Made by a program: the position numbers and the translations under genes
NCBI GenBank assembly: GCA_010405405.1
Contig: MU004238.1
Coordinates: 1,189,530-1,253,529, forward strand
Direction: 5' to 3'
Length of the DNA: 64,000 bases
Source of the DNA: Microthyrium microscopicum
Taxonomy: Eukaryota
Shown here: one piece after another, positions 61,839-64,000 of the stretch
How the letters are laid out: each line of letters begins with the position of its first letter
Numbering within the stretch: position 1 is the first letter of the stretch
The notes under the pieces: model-generated
The model's input: the letters and a program-made list of their open reading frames with translations, nothing else
The model's database searches: none
Told to the model about the DNA's origin: nothing

Positions 61839-62522
61839 ATGGTACGTAATGCTACTCTATACGAAACTTCCAAAACTAAGCCTCAACAGCCTCGAACCGC
61901 CAAACCAAAACCGAAAGCATCAACCACCAAAGCTCCCACAGCCCGCAAACCACGCCTCACCAAACTCGCCAAAGAGCACTCCATAACCAACGAACAAGAA
62001 GCAGAAATCAGCGATGCTTTCGCCCTCTTCGCCACATCCTCCGACTCCGACGCAACCAACGGCACCCTCCCCACAACCCACCTGCAAAAGAGCCTTGTGT
62101 ACACATTGCCAGCCGTCCCTTCCATACCGTACATAACTGACAACTATAGCGCACTCAACATATCAATCCCACGTGCCGAACTCACCGAACTACGCGCAAC
62201 TCTCGACCCTGACGAAGAAGGCGAAATCAGTTACACACATTTCCTTGCGTACGCAGCACTACGGCTAAACGAAGCAGCGGATGACGCGGACCAGGAGCAG
62301 AAAGCGGAGGAGGTGAGGGAAGCATACGGGCTATTCACGCGTGGCGGCGAAGGGCCGATTACGATTGCGCATTTGAGACGGGTGGCGGGGTTGGTTAAGG
62401 AGGAGGTCGATGATGCGACGTTGAAGGATATGATTGCGGAGGCGAATGGGAAGGGGTGGAAGGATGGTGTGAATGCGAGGGAGTTTGAAACGATGCTGAG
62501 GAGGGCGGGGGTGTTTACTTGA
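61839..62522 (+). CDS. Centrin/calmodulin-like EF-hand protein, probably 3 exons (introns 61842-61889, 62099-62149)
   Basis: EQEAEISDAFALF, LDPDEEGEISYTHF, EVREAYGLF, ITIAHLRRVA, LKDMIAEAN, GVNAREF. Confidence 0.88.
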   Translation: MVRNATLYETSKTKPQQPRTAKPKPKASTTKAPTARKPRLTKLAKEHSITNEQEAEISDAFALFATSSDSDATNGTLPTTHLQKSLVYTLPAVPSIPYITDNYSALNISIPRAELTELRATLDPDEEGEISYTHFLAYAALRLNEAADDADQEQKAEEVREAYGLFTRGGEGPITIAHLRRVAGLVKEEVDDATLKDMIAEANGKGWKDGVNAREFETMLRRAGVFT

Positions 62523-62767
62523 TAGTTGCGTTTTATGGAGTGCAGACATGACCTATTTGATGATTTATGATATACCCAACGTAGATTTAGTAGATGATTG
62601 AATGTGAATGGATAATTCATGCTATTATATTGCTGGGGATATTCGATTACTAAATTTCAGCCCATTGACCATTCCAAAGGTCGTAACTCCAAAGATATGC
62701 TTTCATCGTCAACCATTAAATCTTCTCAAATGCTATCGCAAGTTCTTTGCTCAGATCTGCAAGTTTT

Positions 62768-63618
62768 CTATCGCTGATCCTCAATCGGCGTCACATTGGT
62801 CGTGATTGGAGTCGCATTCGAGGACGTCGGCGTCGGACCGGCAATTGACTCTGGTGCCTTAAAACCAGCATGCTCTGAATGAGCCTTATAGTAGTACATG
62901 TTCTCTCGTGGCTGTAGCTCCGGCGGAAGTTCAGTAAGAACTGTCTCCAGAATGCGCTGCTTTCCCTCCGTATGATTGGCATCCCGATTCCAGATTGTGA
63001 TCAAATAGGACGTGAACCGCACACTCAATGAAACACCGCAAATATCGTCAATAAACGCTACAACATCTTATTAGTCATATCCTACCAATGTCAAGATCCA
63101 TACATACTTATCCGCTTACTCGCCACAGCCGCCTGTAGCTTCTCTCCTACTGCCATCAATGCGACATTCTTCCAGAACTCCGCCGCCTTCTCCTTCGGCA
63201 CGCGAAATGTCCACGCTCCTCCCTTCATATTCCGCGGATCCTCCCACACCGGCTTCACACCCTTGTGGAACATATGGACCGAATCTCGTAGTGGCATGTT
63301 TCCAATGTCGAAGTTGTTGAACACCTCCCAGAACTCGCGAACATCCGACATGACGCTCAGCCTCACCAATCGATCCTCATAGTTGTCGTCCGCATCGCCA
63401 GTCGAGGCCGCTGGTTCAGGAGATGACGCCTTTTTGCGATCTTGTCGGTCGTGCCAAAACTCCCACTGATGAACGAGCGGTGGTGCGCGTAATTTGTTGA
63501 GCAGATTGGCTCGCATTTCTCTGCCGCGCGCAGGGGAGGCTGTGGATGCTAGGTCGGCTTCTGAGATACCGGGTAGACTGCCGGTTTGGAGGGGAAGGCG
63601 GGGGCGCTGGGAGGCCAT
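62768..63618 (-). CDS. Translation initiation factor eIF4E family member (class II-like), 2 exons (intron 63107-63058)
   Basis: PLVHQWEFW, VREFWEVFNN, HMFHKGVKPVWEDPRNMKGGAW, ICGVSLSVR, ITIWNRD, YYKAH. Confidence 0.93.
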
Positions 63619-64000
63619 AATGTGTATAGATTGTAGGAGGAAGATCTGAAGGTAGAGTCAGTTGGGATATATTAAAAGATGGAAGATATACGGCGGTTGA
63701 GGGGTGAAAAGGGGCGCAAACAAATCGTGTTGGATGGAATAGTCACTCGAGTAGCCAACAAGGAGCTATGATGTAAACAGCATTAAATGCACTGTCCCAT
63801 GAATGCTCCAGGGCTAGCAGCAGAAGCTATGGTGAAGTTGAATAGTATAAGATGTATAGCGGGAATGAGACTGCAATGAGACGCAGGCGGCTAGGAATAT
63901 AGATTTACCTTTTGTGAGGTTTCAAACAATGGTGAAATGGGCTGGCGCCGTAGTCGAGATGATCTGATACAGGTGAACCAATGGGAGATGTATATAGAAA

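Noticed and set aside
1..64000. tRNA, rRNA, snRNA, TPP riboswitch, CRISPR, TGA-CTA readthrough signals, PKS/NRPS cluster
   Set aside because: Looked for by eye and no diagnostic motifs were found. A covariance-model search would be needed to exclude ncRNAs.

Overview
Gene-dense genomic DNA from a filamentous ascomycete (Pezizomycotina). This is inferred from short ~45-60 nt GT-AG introns with CTAAC/CTGAC branch sites, a HET-domain gene, a group I G-alpha and a RIP-like AT-rich relic. About 25 protein-coding genes can be reconstructed, most of them spliced: RPS29, an MFS transporter, a Zn-dependent alcohol dehydrogenase, a Ser/Thr kinase, a degenerate aldo-keto reductase, a LaeA-like methyltransferase, ADE13, a scytalone dehydratase-like protein, GH105, two APC amino acid transporters, OAC1, MSN5, a DUF1308 protein, an ADGF-type adenosine deaminase, PSD2, a HET protein, G-alpha, a centrin-like EF-hand protein, a class II-like eIF4E and several hypotheticals. 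No rRNA, tRNA or CRISPR array was seen. The strongest unexplained signals are four. (1) A 32-codon micro-gene (14888-14986) missed by the ORF track, with its own TATA box and Kozak context, lying between a catalytically dead AKR and a methyltransferase. (2) Long introns that fold into long G:U-containing hairpins, most clearly all three introns of the DUF1308 gene. (3) A ~620 bp TIR/TA-flanked AT-rich element. (4) Splice-site and uORF oddities: a GC-AG intron, a stop-creating NAGNAG acceptor, a spliced overlapping uORF, and Bas1/Gcn4-type sites upstream of ADE13. All splice models and RNA folds were made by eye and need RNA-seq and folding confirmation.
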